This document shows, in pieces, positions 28,978-37,430 of a stretch of 59,872 bases of DNA. Source of the stretch: a virus (Duplodnaviria > Caudoviricetes); IMG/VR virus record IMGVR_UViG_3300024231_000697, positions 1 to 59,872 of that record; one strand, written 5' to 3'. Position numbers and translations under genes: made by a program. The notes beneath the pieces are model-generated. The model searched no databases. It was not told the origin of the DNA and saw only the letters and a list, made by a program, of their open reading frames with translations. Numbering within the stretch: position 1 is the stretch's first letter; every line of letters begins with the position of its first letter.

Positions 28978-29910
28978 ATGGCTAAAGACTTATGGGTAGA
29001 GAAATATCGTCCTACTGACATCAGCACATATGTATTTAAAGATGATTCACAACGTGCGCAAGTACAAAACTGGATTACAGATGGAGGTATTCCGCATCTA
29101 TTGTTTAGTGGATCTCCAGGTACTGGAAAAACTACACTAGCAAAAGTACTAATACAAGAACTAGGCGTAGAAAAAGCTGATGTAATGTACATCAACGCCA
29201 GTAGAGATAATGGTGTAGAGTTAATTCGTAAACGTATTACTGCTTTTAGTGAAACAATGCCCTGGGGCGAGTTTAAAGTTATCCTACTTGACGAGGCTGA
29301 TCACATCAGTCCAGAAGGACAAGCGGCATTACGTGGTGTAATGGAACAGTATCATGCAAGTGTAAGATTTATACTAACATGTAACTATCCTAATATGATT
29401 ATTCCTGCTTTACACAGTAGATGCCAAGGCTTTCATATCGAACAATTAGATCAAGTAGACTTTACAGTACGTGTTGCTGAAATTTTAGCAGACAACGAAG
29501 TGCTATTTGATATGGATACCTTAGACGCAATGGTACGTGCAAACTATCCAGATCTACGTAAAACTATTAATACAGTACAAATGACTATTGTAGATAATAA
29601 GTTAATGTTACCTGATGGTGGCGGCAATACTAGCGAGTGGCGCATGGAAATGGTAAGTTTATTCAAGGCTGGTAAAATTGCTGATGCCAGAAAGCTTATT
29701 GTAAAAACAGCTCGTGCTGATGAATATAATGACATTTATACTTGGCTATATCAAAACTTAGACTTATACGCAAAGGATGATTTCCAATACGACAGTTGTG
29801 TACTAGCAATACGTGAAGGGCTTATTAAGCACACGCAAGTAGCAGACCCAGAGATTAATTTAAGTGCTACAATGATTGAAATTGCTAGAGTATTTGATGA
29901 AGCCAAGTAA
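28978..29910 (+). CDS. Sliding clamp loader AAA+ subunit (RFC small / T4 gp44-like)
   Basis: LWVEKYRP, GSPGTGKTT, INASRDNG, LDEAD, LHSRC. Confidence 0.95.
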   Translation: MAKDLWVEKYRPTDISTYVFKDDSQRAQVQNWITDGGIPHLLFSGSPGTGKTTLAKVLIQELGVEKADVMYINASRDNGVELIRKRITAFSETMPWGEFKVILLDEADHISPEGQAALRGVMEQYHASVRFILTCNYPNMIIPALHSRCQGFHIEQLDQVDFTVRVAEILADNEVLFDMDTLDAMVRANYPDLRKTINTVQMTIVDNKLMLPDGGGNTSEWRMEMVSLFKAGKIADARKLIVKTARADEYNDIYTWLYQNLDLYAKDDFQYDSCVLAIREGLIKHTQVADPEINLSATMIEIARVFDEAK

Positions 29911-30973
29911 CTTAATACTAAATGTAACTTATTGGCAGGATAGTCCACAATTTAGTGGTATATTGAATCACTTATTAGGGTATAGTCCAGACATGGGTAT
30001 TATACCTTCTAAGCCATATCTAATGCATGATACCACTTATGAATCATGCTATTTTCATAATGCAAAATCTGGAAAAAAAGCTAACTTTAGATCACTCTAT
30101 AATATTGTTAGCGCAGTTAACGAGAGTGCCAACCCCCAAGAAGAAATAATAACACAATTAAGCAAATACAACGACTTTAAAGGTACGCCTGTATTTGAAA
30201 GTGACTATAAGTTTGTTTTACCACGCAGTGTTAATTACAAGCCGTTTTGTGATGGCCCGCACACACTAATTAATGGTGATTATACATCAGCTGGTTATAT
30301 TGGATTGATGGAACATACTATTAATTGCAGAAGTTGGATGCAAGATATATTTAATAATCAGACTAGTTTAGATTCTTTTGATACTGTTCTTAATGAGGAC
30401 CTTGGAGATGATTATTTTGATTTAAGAGATAGCGCAAACTATTGTAAAACAATTTTAGAGCATATAATTAAAATTAAAAATGAAAGTATTGATATAAGTG
30501 ATGCATACGAATACTTTTTTGACAAACCAATAGCAGTTGTTAAATCAGCAATTGATTATGGTATGGAATATGTCATGAATAACGGCTATGATGTCTACAA
30601 GGAGTTAATGACTAAAAAGTATGTAAATGAAACACGTCATAAACTTAATACCACTAGTATAAAACTAAAAACACTTATGCTACCTGTGCCAGATATAAGT
30701 TATATCGCATATGAGAAATTATATGATACATGTGGAATTGCAAAGAATGATGAAGCATTTCACAAGTGGCACAACTACATATTTCAAGGTGACAAATTTA
30801 AAGAAGAAGAGAGTGTGGAAGCTCTTGTTAATATTATTTCCAAAACTTTTACAGGCAAGGCATATCGAAAAGATTCATGGACCATGACTATGGCGGCAAT
30901 ATTGGAAGTAGCATTAGAAGAAAAGCAAGGAATACAAAATGGATTGCAGACATATCCAAAATATGCGTGTTGA
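29897..30973 (+). CDS. Hypothetical protein, possibly degenerate sulfotransferase-like N-terminus
   Basis: Long ORF; SPQFSGILNHLLGYSPD. Confidence 0.35.
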   Translation: MKPSNLILNVTYWQDSPQFSGILNHLLGYSPDMGIIPSKPYLMHDTTYESCYFHNAKSGKKANFRSLYNIVSAVNESANPQEEIITQLSKYNDFKGTPVFESDYKFVLPRSVNYKPFCDGPHTLINGDYTSAGYIGLMEHTINCRSWMQDIFNNQTSLDSFDTVLNEDLGDDYFDLRDSANYCKTILEHIIKIKNESIDISDAYEYFFDKPIAVVKSAIDYGMEYVMNNGYDVYKELMTKKYVNETRHKLNTTSIKLKTLMLPVPDISYIAYEKLYDTCGIAKNDEAFHKWHNYIFQGDKFKEEESVEALVNIISKTFTGKAYRKDSWTMTMAAILEVALEEKQGIQNGLQTYPKYAC

Positions 30974-31196
30974 CAATTGTCCAGATGCAACTGTATTCTA
31001 TGTATCAGGAACTGGGCGGGAAATACTAAATGCTTTGGAACCATTTCCAACAGGAGACTGTATCGTACAAAGAAATATTAAAGAAGAAACAGCTAGAGAA
31101 TTTTTAAAAAATAATCCAGTTGACTATTTTCATTTATATGTTCTGTTTGATAAAGATCCTGATCAAGCTATGCTGTTTAAACTCACATATGAGTAG
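30939..31196 (+). CDS. Hypothetical protein
   Basis: AAGGA RBS; ends AMLFKLTYE. Confidence 0.6.
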   Translation: MDCRHIQNMRVDNCPDATVFYVSGTGREILNALEPFPTGDCIVQRNIKEETAREFLKNNPVDYFHLYVLFDKDPDQAMLFKLTYE

Positions 31197-31201
31197 GACC
31201 G

Positions 31202-31209
31202 CATAAATA
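31202..31209 (+). promoter_or_regulatory. Late-like promoter CATAAATA
   Basis: Intergenic, upstream of the MotA/ExbB-like operon. Confidence 0.45.
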
Positions 31210-31226
31210 GACATATAACAACTCGA

Positions 31227-31676
31227 TTGGATTACATTATGAGAATACGGTTTATGATATGGTGGCTGGTTACAGTTACTCAACTAGTACTAATAGGAAC
31301 AGCAATTAACTATGGTGCTATAGATTTTTTACTGACAGCAGACGTAACAAGACTTAGCTTTGTAATTGTCGCAATGTGGTTTGTAGCCACAGGATTAATT
31401 GGATACATTTCATTTTACAGAAAAGGAAATTATGACCTAACTTGGTTTATGGCAGAAACTGCAATGAGCGTAGGTATGGTTGGAACATTAATAGGATTTA
31501 TGCTAATGCTTAGTGGCAGTTTAGCTGATATTGATCCAGGTAATATTGATGGTATGAAAACAGTTATAGCAGATATGGCAAATGGTATGAGTACCGCACT
31601 AGTTACTACATTATGCGGATTAATTACTAGTATCGCTATTAAAATACAAATAGTTTCACAAGAATACGGAAGATAA
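31227..31676 (+). CDS. MotA/TolQ/ExbB proton-channel family protein
   Basis: GMVGTLIGF...GMSTALVTTLCGL transmembrane signature. Confidence 0.8.
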   Translation: MDYIMRIRFMIWWLVTVTQLVLIGTAINYGAIDFLLTADVTRLSFVIVAMWFVATGLIGYISFYRKGNYDLTWFMAETAMSVGMVGTLIGFMLMLSGSLADIDPGNIDGMKTVIADMANGMSTALVTTLCGLITSIAIKIQIVSQEYGR

Positions 31677-31677
31677 A

Positions 31678-32286
31678 ATGAAGAGAATGAGAGACCAAAG
31701 CAGTAGTATGGCATTTAATGACATGCTATTTAACATTTTAATTGGATTTGTTATGCTTTTTATTATTGCCTTTCTATTAATTAACCCTATTACTAAAAAA
31801 GCTGATGTTCCTACAAAAGCTGAAGTTTTAGTAATGTTAGAATGGGATTCAGAAAGTAAATCAGACATGGATCTTTGGCTGATGCGTGAAGGCGGACGTC
31901 CAATTGGATTTACTAATAGAGAAGCAGATAATTGGTTTTTAGACAAAGATGATTTGGGAATGTCTAATGATGCAATTAGCATTGATGGTGTTTCTACAAT
32001 TATAAAAGTTAATCACGAAACTATTAGCATGCGTGGCATACTGCCAGGAATATACTATATTGCCGTACATAGTTATAGCCTACAAGAAGAAGCAGTTGGC
32101 ATGACACTTACAGTTTTAGATGTTAATCCATATAAAGAAGCATATGCTATAAAAAAATACTCAGGAACAAAGAAAGCAATTACAAGATTTCCAGCTATTG
32201 AAATAGATAGAGAAGGAAGAATTATTCGTGTGTTCAAACACAATAAACGGGTTGTACCAGTGCGTGGCTCAGCCGCCGCATTATAA
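31678..32286 (+). CDS. MotB/ExbD-like single-TM partner with soluble beta domain
   Basis: AFNDMLFNILIGFVMLF (TM Asp); EWD...DMDLW...LDKDD...ETIS...GIYYIAVH. Confidence 0.6.
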   Translation: MKRMRDQSSSMAFNDMLFNILIGFVMLFIIAFLLINPITKKADVPTKAEVLVMLEWDSESKSDMDLWLMREGGRPIGFTNREADNWFLDKDDLGMSNDAISIDGVSTIIKVNHETISMRGILPGIYYIAVHSYSLQEEAVGMTLTVLDVNPYKEAYAIKKYSGTKKAITRFPAIEIDREGRIIRVFKHNKRVVPVRGSAAAL

Positions 32287-32298
32287 TAGGAAAATACT

Positions 32299-32886
32299 AT
32301 GTTTTATATAGCAGCAACATTATTATTCACACTTGCATTAGTAAGTATATACGCATTAATTATATCTAGAAGGAAACCAGTAATTGTATTTTTACTAACT
32401 CCATTATTATTAACTGCTAGCATCTATGCTGGATGGGCAATTTATACATTAGTTGGATCTCCTATTGATGGCTTTCCAGACGGACACGTGGAAATATTAC
32501 ATGTAGAACCTGCAAGACCTCACATATACTTTTTAGTATTATCATTAGAAGAAGAAGATCCAGGTCACCCAAAATATCATCGTGTTGATTATACTGAAAA
32601 CAATAGAAGAACTATGATGGAATTGCAACAGCGTGGTGAACGTGGATTGTCAACACAAGGCCAGTTTAAACCAAAAGGTGGAGAAACAAATGGCGGTGAG
32701 AAAAACGAACAACAGTTTATCTTGGATGGTCAAGACGGTCCAATGAAAGTATCAGCCGCTAAAAAGGCAGATAATCAATATGTACCACTATCAATACGAG
32801 AAATGCAAAGAGCAGAACGTCGTCGTGAACTTGCTCGTGACACTAATCCTGAAGTATTGCGTAATACAGGTCCACATCCAGAATGA
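32299..32886 (+). CDS. Membrane-anchored hypothetical protein (third gene of module)
   Basis: Two N-terminal TM helices; AGGA RBS. Confidence 0.7.
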   Translation: MFYIAATLLFTLALVSIYALIISRRKPVIVFLLTPLLLTASIYAGWAIYTLVGSPIDGFPDGHVEILHVEPARPHIYFLVLSLEEEDPGHPKYHRVDYTENNRRTMMELQQRGERGLSTQGQFKPKGGETNGGEKNEQQFILDGQDGPMKVSAAKKADNQYVPLSIREMQRAERRRELARDTNPEVLRNTGPHPE

Positions 32887-32993
32887 TTAAATTTTTAGCT
32901 AAACTATTTAAAACTCCTAAAAATAATAGCAAAATACAAGTTTCATATATAGGCGTAGGGCGTGGCGGACAACCTTTAATATATAAAGTTTAA
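32883..32993 (+). CDS. Small ORF (36 aa, not in ORF track)
   Basis: ATGA overlap; MIKFLAKLFKTPKNNSKIQVSYIGVGRGGQPLIYKV fills the gap to the cassette. Confidence 0.45.
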   Translation: MIKFLAKLFKTPKNNSKIQVSYIGVGRGGQPLIYKV

Positions 32994-32998
32994 ATTAT

Positions 32999-33070
32999 TT
33001 TATAACCTATTGAAAGCGAACGATTTATTAGTTCGCTTTTTTGTTGACATCTTGGTCTAGAACTGCTAGA
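32999..33070 (+). repeat. 72-bp direct repeat (identical to 12490-12561) = early promoter cassette copy 4
   Basis: Base-by-base match; TTGACA(33044)-17bp-TAGAAC. Confidence 0.9.
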
Positions 33071-33100
33071 ACATATGTATAGCAACAAAGAGAGTATCAA

Positions 33101-33613
33101 ATGTCAATAGCAACTTATAACACATTCGAAACAATTACTAAAACACTTGAAACTACATTTGCAGAGTTTGATGCTAAGTTTCGTGAAGCAGAAATTAAAT
33201 ACTTTTTTGAGCGTAAAGCTGCTGTTGCTGACTTTTGGGCTAACAAAGAACTTAAAGCAGAATTAGGTGATTACGAATGGTACGAAACACTTTGGGCTAC
33301 TGCTGGTGGCAAAGGCATGTACGAAGTTGTTGCTCCTGGTTACCACAATGATGCAGGTATTACTGAAAAAGCAAATAAATTTGTAGACGGTAAAATTGCC
33401 AAACGTAACGCAACTATTGCTAACAAACTAACAAAGTTGGATATCACAGAAGTTACTGCTAGTAATGTAGAACGTAGTTCAGATGGATTTCACGGTTACT
33501 TTACTGTTGAAACTGAAGTTGGTACAAAGCATATTGATATTGAAACTATTGTTGCTGGCGGATACAATATTCAGCGTATGCACTACAGAACATTAGTAAG
33601 GGTATTAAAATAA
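33101..33613 (+). CDS. Hypothetical early protein
   Basis: Behind cassette; ends AGGYNIQRMHYRTLV. Confidence 0.75.
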   Translation: MSIATYNTFETITKTLETTFAEFDAKFREAEIKYFFERKAAVADFWANKELKAELGDYEWYETLWATAGGKGMYEVVAPGYHNDAGITEKANKFVDGKIAKRNATIANKLTKLDITEVTASNVERSSDGFHGYFTVETEVGTKHIDIETIVAGGYNIQRMHYRTLVRVLK

Positions 33614-33627
33614 ATCAAAATAATTTT

Positions 33628-33707
33628 TAACCCATTGATTTCATTGGCAACCTTTTTCATTTATTTGTCGCTTTTTTGTTGACAATTAGGTCTAGAACTG
33701 CTAGAAC
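33628..33707 (+). promoter_or_regulatory. Early promoter cassette copy 5
   Basis: TAACCCATTGATT; TTGACA(33679)-17bp-TAGAAC within CTAGAACTGCTAGAAC. Confidence 0.75.
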
Positions 33708-33742
33708 ATATGTATAAGTTAATTAAACAGAAAGATTACAAC

Positions 33743-33985
33743 ATGTCAAATTATGCAACATTAACAGAATCAATTAACACTGCAACTTTTAACTCAGAAA
33801 ACTGGAATGCTGATGGTAGCATTAACTGGAGTTTTGTTGATGCAGATGCATTTGATGAGTGTAACAAATTGTTTGACGGAACAGCAGCTTTTTACGAAGC
33901 ATTTGATGAAATCGTAACAGCTATACGCAATGAAATGCGTGAAGAAGCTGATTCAGAAGCACGTTTTGAAAGGGCAATATCTTAA
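33743..33985 (+). CDS. Hypothetical early protein
   Basis: ATG 33743 downstream of predicted TSS; ENWNADGSINWSFVDAD. Confidence 0.7.
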   Translation: MSNYATLTESINTATFNSENWNADGSINWSFVDADAFDECNKLFDGTAAFYEAFDEIVTAIRNEMREEADSEARFERAIS

Positions 33986-34203
33986 TGGAACGTATAATTA
34001 AAATTGGAGACAAAGTTAACTCCAAATTTGGTATAGCAAAAGTTACTCATATTGAATTATGTGAGAAGCGTGGTGAAAAATATGGTTCACCAGCTATATC
34101 AATAAATATTATAGACAAAGACCGTTGTGTTTTTGACTTAGACAACAAGCATTGGTGTTATGGCTATCAGATAACAGCTTTGCAATTAGTAGATGAAACT
34201 TAA
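33985..34203 (+). CDS. Hypothetical small beta-barrel-like protein
   Basis: TAATG coupling; IKIGDKV start. Confidence 0.65.
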   Translation: MERIIKIGDKVNSKFGIAKVTHIELCEKRGEKYGSPAISINIIDKDRCVFDLDNKHWCYGYQITALQLVDET

Positions 34204-34214
34204 AGGTATATAAT

Positions 34215-34493
34215 ATGAAACGCAATATCAGAACAGCATTTAATCAACTTAACAAAATTGGTGCACCAACTATTGAAGGTGGTTACAACGGCGAAGATTC
34301 ATTTCGTATTAGTGCAGAAGATAACTGCCAAGACATAAATGAAACAGTATGGGCAGACTATTACCAAATGACAGACGGTGACGGCACTGGCTTTGTGATG
34401 GGTGTTAATAACCGCATTAATGATATCTTGGATGCTAATGGACTATATGCAGAATGGATTAATCCAGGTTGTCTAGCAGTGTGTGAGGTGTAA
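34215..34493 (+). CDS. Hypothetical protein
   Basis: AAGG RBS; GLYAEWINPG. Confidence 0.7.
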   Translation: MKRNIRTAFNQLNKIGAPTIEGGYNGEDSFRISAEDNCQDINETVWADYYQMTDGDGTGFVMGVNNRINDILDANGLYAEWINPGCLAVCEV

Positions 34494-34494
34494 T

Positions 34495-34656
34495 ATGTCA
34501 ATATATACGTGGCGCATATTTTTAGATGATAATTTTCTTGGCTATACATATGCGCCAACGTCTAAAGAAGCTTGCGAACAAGCTTTAAAAAATGGGGGCA
34601 TTGCTAGTAAAATGAATGCCCAACTAAATGATCTATCTTATGAAAGGATAAATTAA
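34495..34656 (+). CDS. Small hypothetical protein (53 aa, not in ORF track)
   Basis: GAGGT RBS; MSIYTWRIFLDDNFLG... Confidence 0.6.
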   Translation: MSIYTWRIFLDDNFLGYTYAPTSKEACEQALKNGGIASKMNAQLNDLSYERIN

Positions 34657-34829
34657 TGTCAGAAATTGGAATGATAGCCGTGGCAATTGCCAAAAAGCGA
34701 GAGGACGAAGAAGCAGGTCTTGATTTTTCTGGACCGATTCCTAAAAATGCTCCTATAATGGTACTAGTGAGACGCACTAGAATACTATTTAAAAAAATAA
34801 AACGTCGACTTCGACGTCTAAGGAGCTAA
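34656..34829 (+). CDS. Small hypothetical protein with basic C-terminus (57 aa, not in ORF track)
   Basis: AAGGA RBS; TAATG coupling at both ends. Confidence 0.6.
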   Translation: MSEIGMIAVAIAKKREDEEAGLDFSGPIPKNAPIMVLVRRTRILFKKIKRRLRRLRS

Positions 34830-35263
34830 TGTTGCTGCTAAAATTAAACAAACATATAGTTAACGATATTATTAAAGATGATCCCGTTCGTCCACACATT
34901 GAAGGTGAATGGAGAACTGATCATGGTAGAGAAGTATATGGACTATATGAAGATGAAAGCTATGAAAAACTACTCGCTGTTATCTGTGTTGCATATACGG
35001 CTAATGTTCCCAAGACTGAAAAGGGAATGAACTATATTGGAAAAAATGTAGCAGTGTTCTATACTGTTTGGAGCTATGAGCGTGGTGCAGGTAGAAGTAT
35101 TGTGAACGCTGTCAGCGAACATATAAAAAAGAACCATAAAAAAGTACAAAGGCAAGTAACACTAAGTCCATTAACTGATATGGCAGAACGATTTCACACA
35201 AGAAATGGTGCAGAGTTAATTGGAAGATATAACGATTGCCAAAACTTTGAGTATAAATCATGA
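34829..35263 (+). CDS. GNAT-fold protein resembling the malonyl-CoA decarboxylase catalytic domain
   Basis: VAVFYTVWS...GAGRSIV...VTLSP. Confidence 0.45.
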   Translation: MLLLKLNKHIVNDIIKDDPVRPHIEGEWRTDHGREVYGLYEDESYEKLLAVICVAYTANVPKTEKGMNYIGKNVAVFYTVWSYERGAGRSIVNAVSEHIKKNHKKVQRQVTLSPLTDMAERFHTRNGAELIGRYNDCQNFEYKS

Positions 35264-35547
35264 AATACAATTTACCAATTGAATATAGTAAAGCAACTCC
35301 TAAACAGCGTAGAGAAGTTAGGGAACAATACATTTTTGAGCAAGCAGGATTATGTATGTGGTGCTTTTCTCCTTTGGAAGGTGATCCACACCCACAAATG
35401 CAAAAGATGGATATTAATCTAAAATTATTTCCTCCAGGTTTTTTAAAAAACCCGGTACACTTACAACATAATCATGACAGTGATTTGACAGAAGGTGCAG
35501 TTCATGCTAAGTGTAATGGAGTAATGTGGCAATATCATGGAAGGTAG
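35260..35547 (+). CDS. Endonuclease VII/HNH-like Zn-finger protein
   Basis: CMWC...HLQHNH...GAVHAKCN. Confidence 0.65.
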   Translation: MKYNLPIEYSKATPKQRREVREQYIFEQAGLCMWCFSPLEGDPHPQMQKMDINLKLFPPGFLKNPVHLQHNHDSDLTEGAVHAKCNGVMWQYHGR

Positions 35548-35549
35548 AT

Positions 35550-36011
35550 ATGAAAGTTAAAATTAGCGGGTATCCAATTTACCAATATTGGTTAGATAAA
35601 TTATCTGGGTGGAACCCCAAGCAAAAAATAAAGGTTCGTATTGATCCACATGATACGTGGAGCATGGATTATACACTCGCACATATCATTGCACCTATGC
35701 TAGTACAACTAAAAGAAACTAAGCATGGTGCTCCCATGGTTGATATGAAAGATGTTCCAAAAGAACTACGTGCTACTAAGGCACAACAGAACAATTATAT
35801 AGAAGGTGGCGATGTAGATTCCAAACACTTTGATCGTTGGGATTATATATTAGATGAAATGATCTGGGCGTTTGGACAAAAGTGTCGTGAAGATTGGATG
35901 GAAGATTACGATTACAACAAATGGGATAGCGAAGGCGTTAAGGCACATCAAGAACGAATGTCGAACGGATTCAAACTGTTTGGTAAATACTACGAAAACT
36001 TATGGGATTAA
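35550..36011 (+). CDS. Hypothetical phage protein
   Basis: DTWSMDYTLA...WDYILDEMIWAF...GFKLFGKYYENLWD. Confidence 0.75.
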   Translation: MKVKISGYPIYQYWLDKLSGWNPKQKIKVRIDPHDTWSMDYTLAHIIAPMLVQLKETKHGAPMVDMKDVPKELRATKAQQNNYIEGGDVDSKHFDRWDYILDEMIWAFGQKCREDWMEDYDYNKWDSEGVKAHQERMSNGFKLFGKYYENLWD

Positions 36012-36014
36012 AAT

Positions 36015-36368
36015 ATGGTTGAACATGAAGTAAAGGAAAGCAATGCTAAAAAAGTAGCACAAGAATATGCACAAGAACGTAAACGTTTAAAAGCAGAACT
36101 TGCTGAGTTACAAACAGAGATTGAAGATCTAACTCCAACAACACCAACTGGTACAACTGATTGGTATGTTAAATGGTTGAGTATGATCCTATGTGTTAGT
36201 GGCGTATTTCTTCTTAGTGCAGACCTGATTTTTTATGGACAGGTTGCTTATATTATTAGCTCAATGGGTTGGGTATATGTTGGTGTAACCTGGGGAGATA
36301 GAGCTATTATGATTGGTAGTAGTATTAGTGGTACCGCGGTAATGATGAACCTGGTGCAAAGTTTATAG
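36015..36368 (+). CDS. Membrane protein with N-terminal coiled coil
   Basis: DWYVKW, three hydrophobic segments, WGDRA. Confidence 0.7.
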   Translation: MVEHEVKESNAKKVAQEYAQERKRLKAELAELQTEIEDLTPTTPTGTTDWYVKWLSMILCVSGVFLLSADLIFYGQVAYIISSMGWVYVGVTWGDRAIMIGSSISGTAVMMNLVQSL

Positions 36369-36377
36369 GATGATTAA

Positions 36378-36575
36378 ATGATGAAAAGAATAAGTGATAA
36401 AAAATGGATTATTGAAGTCCAAGAAAATGGTAAAACAAAAGAGTTGTTTATTGAATTTCCAGATGATGTACTAAGCCAAATGGGTTGGGCAGAAGGTGAT
36501 GATCTTGAATGGATGGAAAATAATGACAAGTCTTGGTCAATAAAAAAGATAGTAAAAAAGAGTAAAAATAAATGA
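36378..36575 (+). CDS. AbrB/MazE-like small DNA-binding protein
   Basis: LFIEFPDDVLSQMGWAEGDDLEW. Confidence 0.65.
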   Translation: MMKRISDKKWIIEVQENGKTKELFIEFPDDVLSQMGWAEGDDLEWMENNDKSWSIKKIVKKSKNK

Positions 36576-36841
36576 AAAAATTTATGATAGAAAGCTACAA
36601 TAGTGATCCGGTTGCATTCTGGTTTGAACTGATAGGTAGCATAGCTGCAATTATAGCGAGTGCAATGCTTGCTGTTTGGGCAACTGATCCTCCAATGGCA
36701 CTAATTTATCCCTTCTATTTGGCAAGCAGTGTACTACACATAGTGGCTTCAGCTAGGCGTAAAGCTGCATGGATTACAATACTAAGTGTGTACTTTACAT
36801 TTATAAATATATACGGAATAATTAATGTAATAATAGGATAA
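36572..36841 (+). CDS. Small three-helix membrane protein
   Basis: Three hydrophobic segments, ATGA coupling. Confidence 0.7.
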   Translation: MKKFMIESYNSDPVAFWFELIGSIAAIIASAMLAVWATDPPMALIYPFYLASSVLHIVASARRKAAWITILSVYFTFINIYGIINVIIG

Positions 36842-36845
36842 TTTA

Positions 36846-37430
36846 ATGAGTGATATTTGGCTACTTAGTGATACCCATTTCAATTTCCCAGAGATGCTGG
36901 GTTTTACTGATTGGGAAGGCGAAATGACACGCCCAGGATTTGACAATGTGCAACAAATTGATGAATTTATGATCGATAATTGGAACAGTGTTGTTAAGCC
37001 AAATGATCATGTTATGCACTTGGGAGATTTTGTTCAACAAGATAGACAAAATTGGATGGACAATAATTTTCATAAGTTAAATGGTACTTGTGAGTTAATT
37101 GTCGGCAATCACGACGTTATACCAATGATGGCCAAAGGAAACTGGTTTACTAATATTAGTATGTGGCGCCAATTACAAACAGAAGAGATACTTTTAACAC
37201 ATGTTCCACTGGATGCAGGTGCTTTAATTAGACCAAGGTATGCAAATGGTGATCGTGCTGTTGACAAATATGATCAAACAAAATGGATGACTGTAACCAA
37301 TGTACACGGACACTTACATACTAATCCAAGTCCTGAAGGACCATATATATGCGTATGTGTTGAGCAAATTAACTATACACCTATAAATATAGAGGTGGTT
37401 ATGCAACAAATAGCAAAGGATAAGCTATGA
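36846..37430 (+). CDS. Calcineurin-like metallophosphoesterase
   Basis: SDTHF, HLGD, GNHD, THVP, HGHLH. Confidence 0.9.
   Translation: MSDIWLLSDTHFNFPEMLGFTDWEGEMTRPGFDNVQQIDEFMIDNWNSVVKPNDHVMHLGDFVQQDRQNWMDNNFHKLNGTCELIVGNHDVIPMMAKGNWFTNISMWRQLQTEEILLTHVPLDAGALIRPRYANGDRAVDKYDQTKWMTVTNVHGHLHTNPSPEGPYICVCVEQINYTPINIEVVMQQIAKDKL

Noticed and set aside
32941-32975. GC-rich patch GGCGTAGGGCGTGGCGG as regulatory RNA or G-quadruplex
   Set aside because: Explained by Gly/Arg codons of a coupled 36-aa ORF (32883-32993)
10171-33707. Repeated cassette as a CRISPR array or attachment site
   Set aside because: Copies are dispersed, not regularly spaced with unique spacers; each contains a -35/-10 pair; no cas or integrase gene in the window
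34802-34817. Inverted repeat ACGTCGA-CT-TCGACGT
   Set aside because: Lies within a small CDS encoding RRLRR; a 2-nt loop and Arg codon usage explain it
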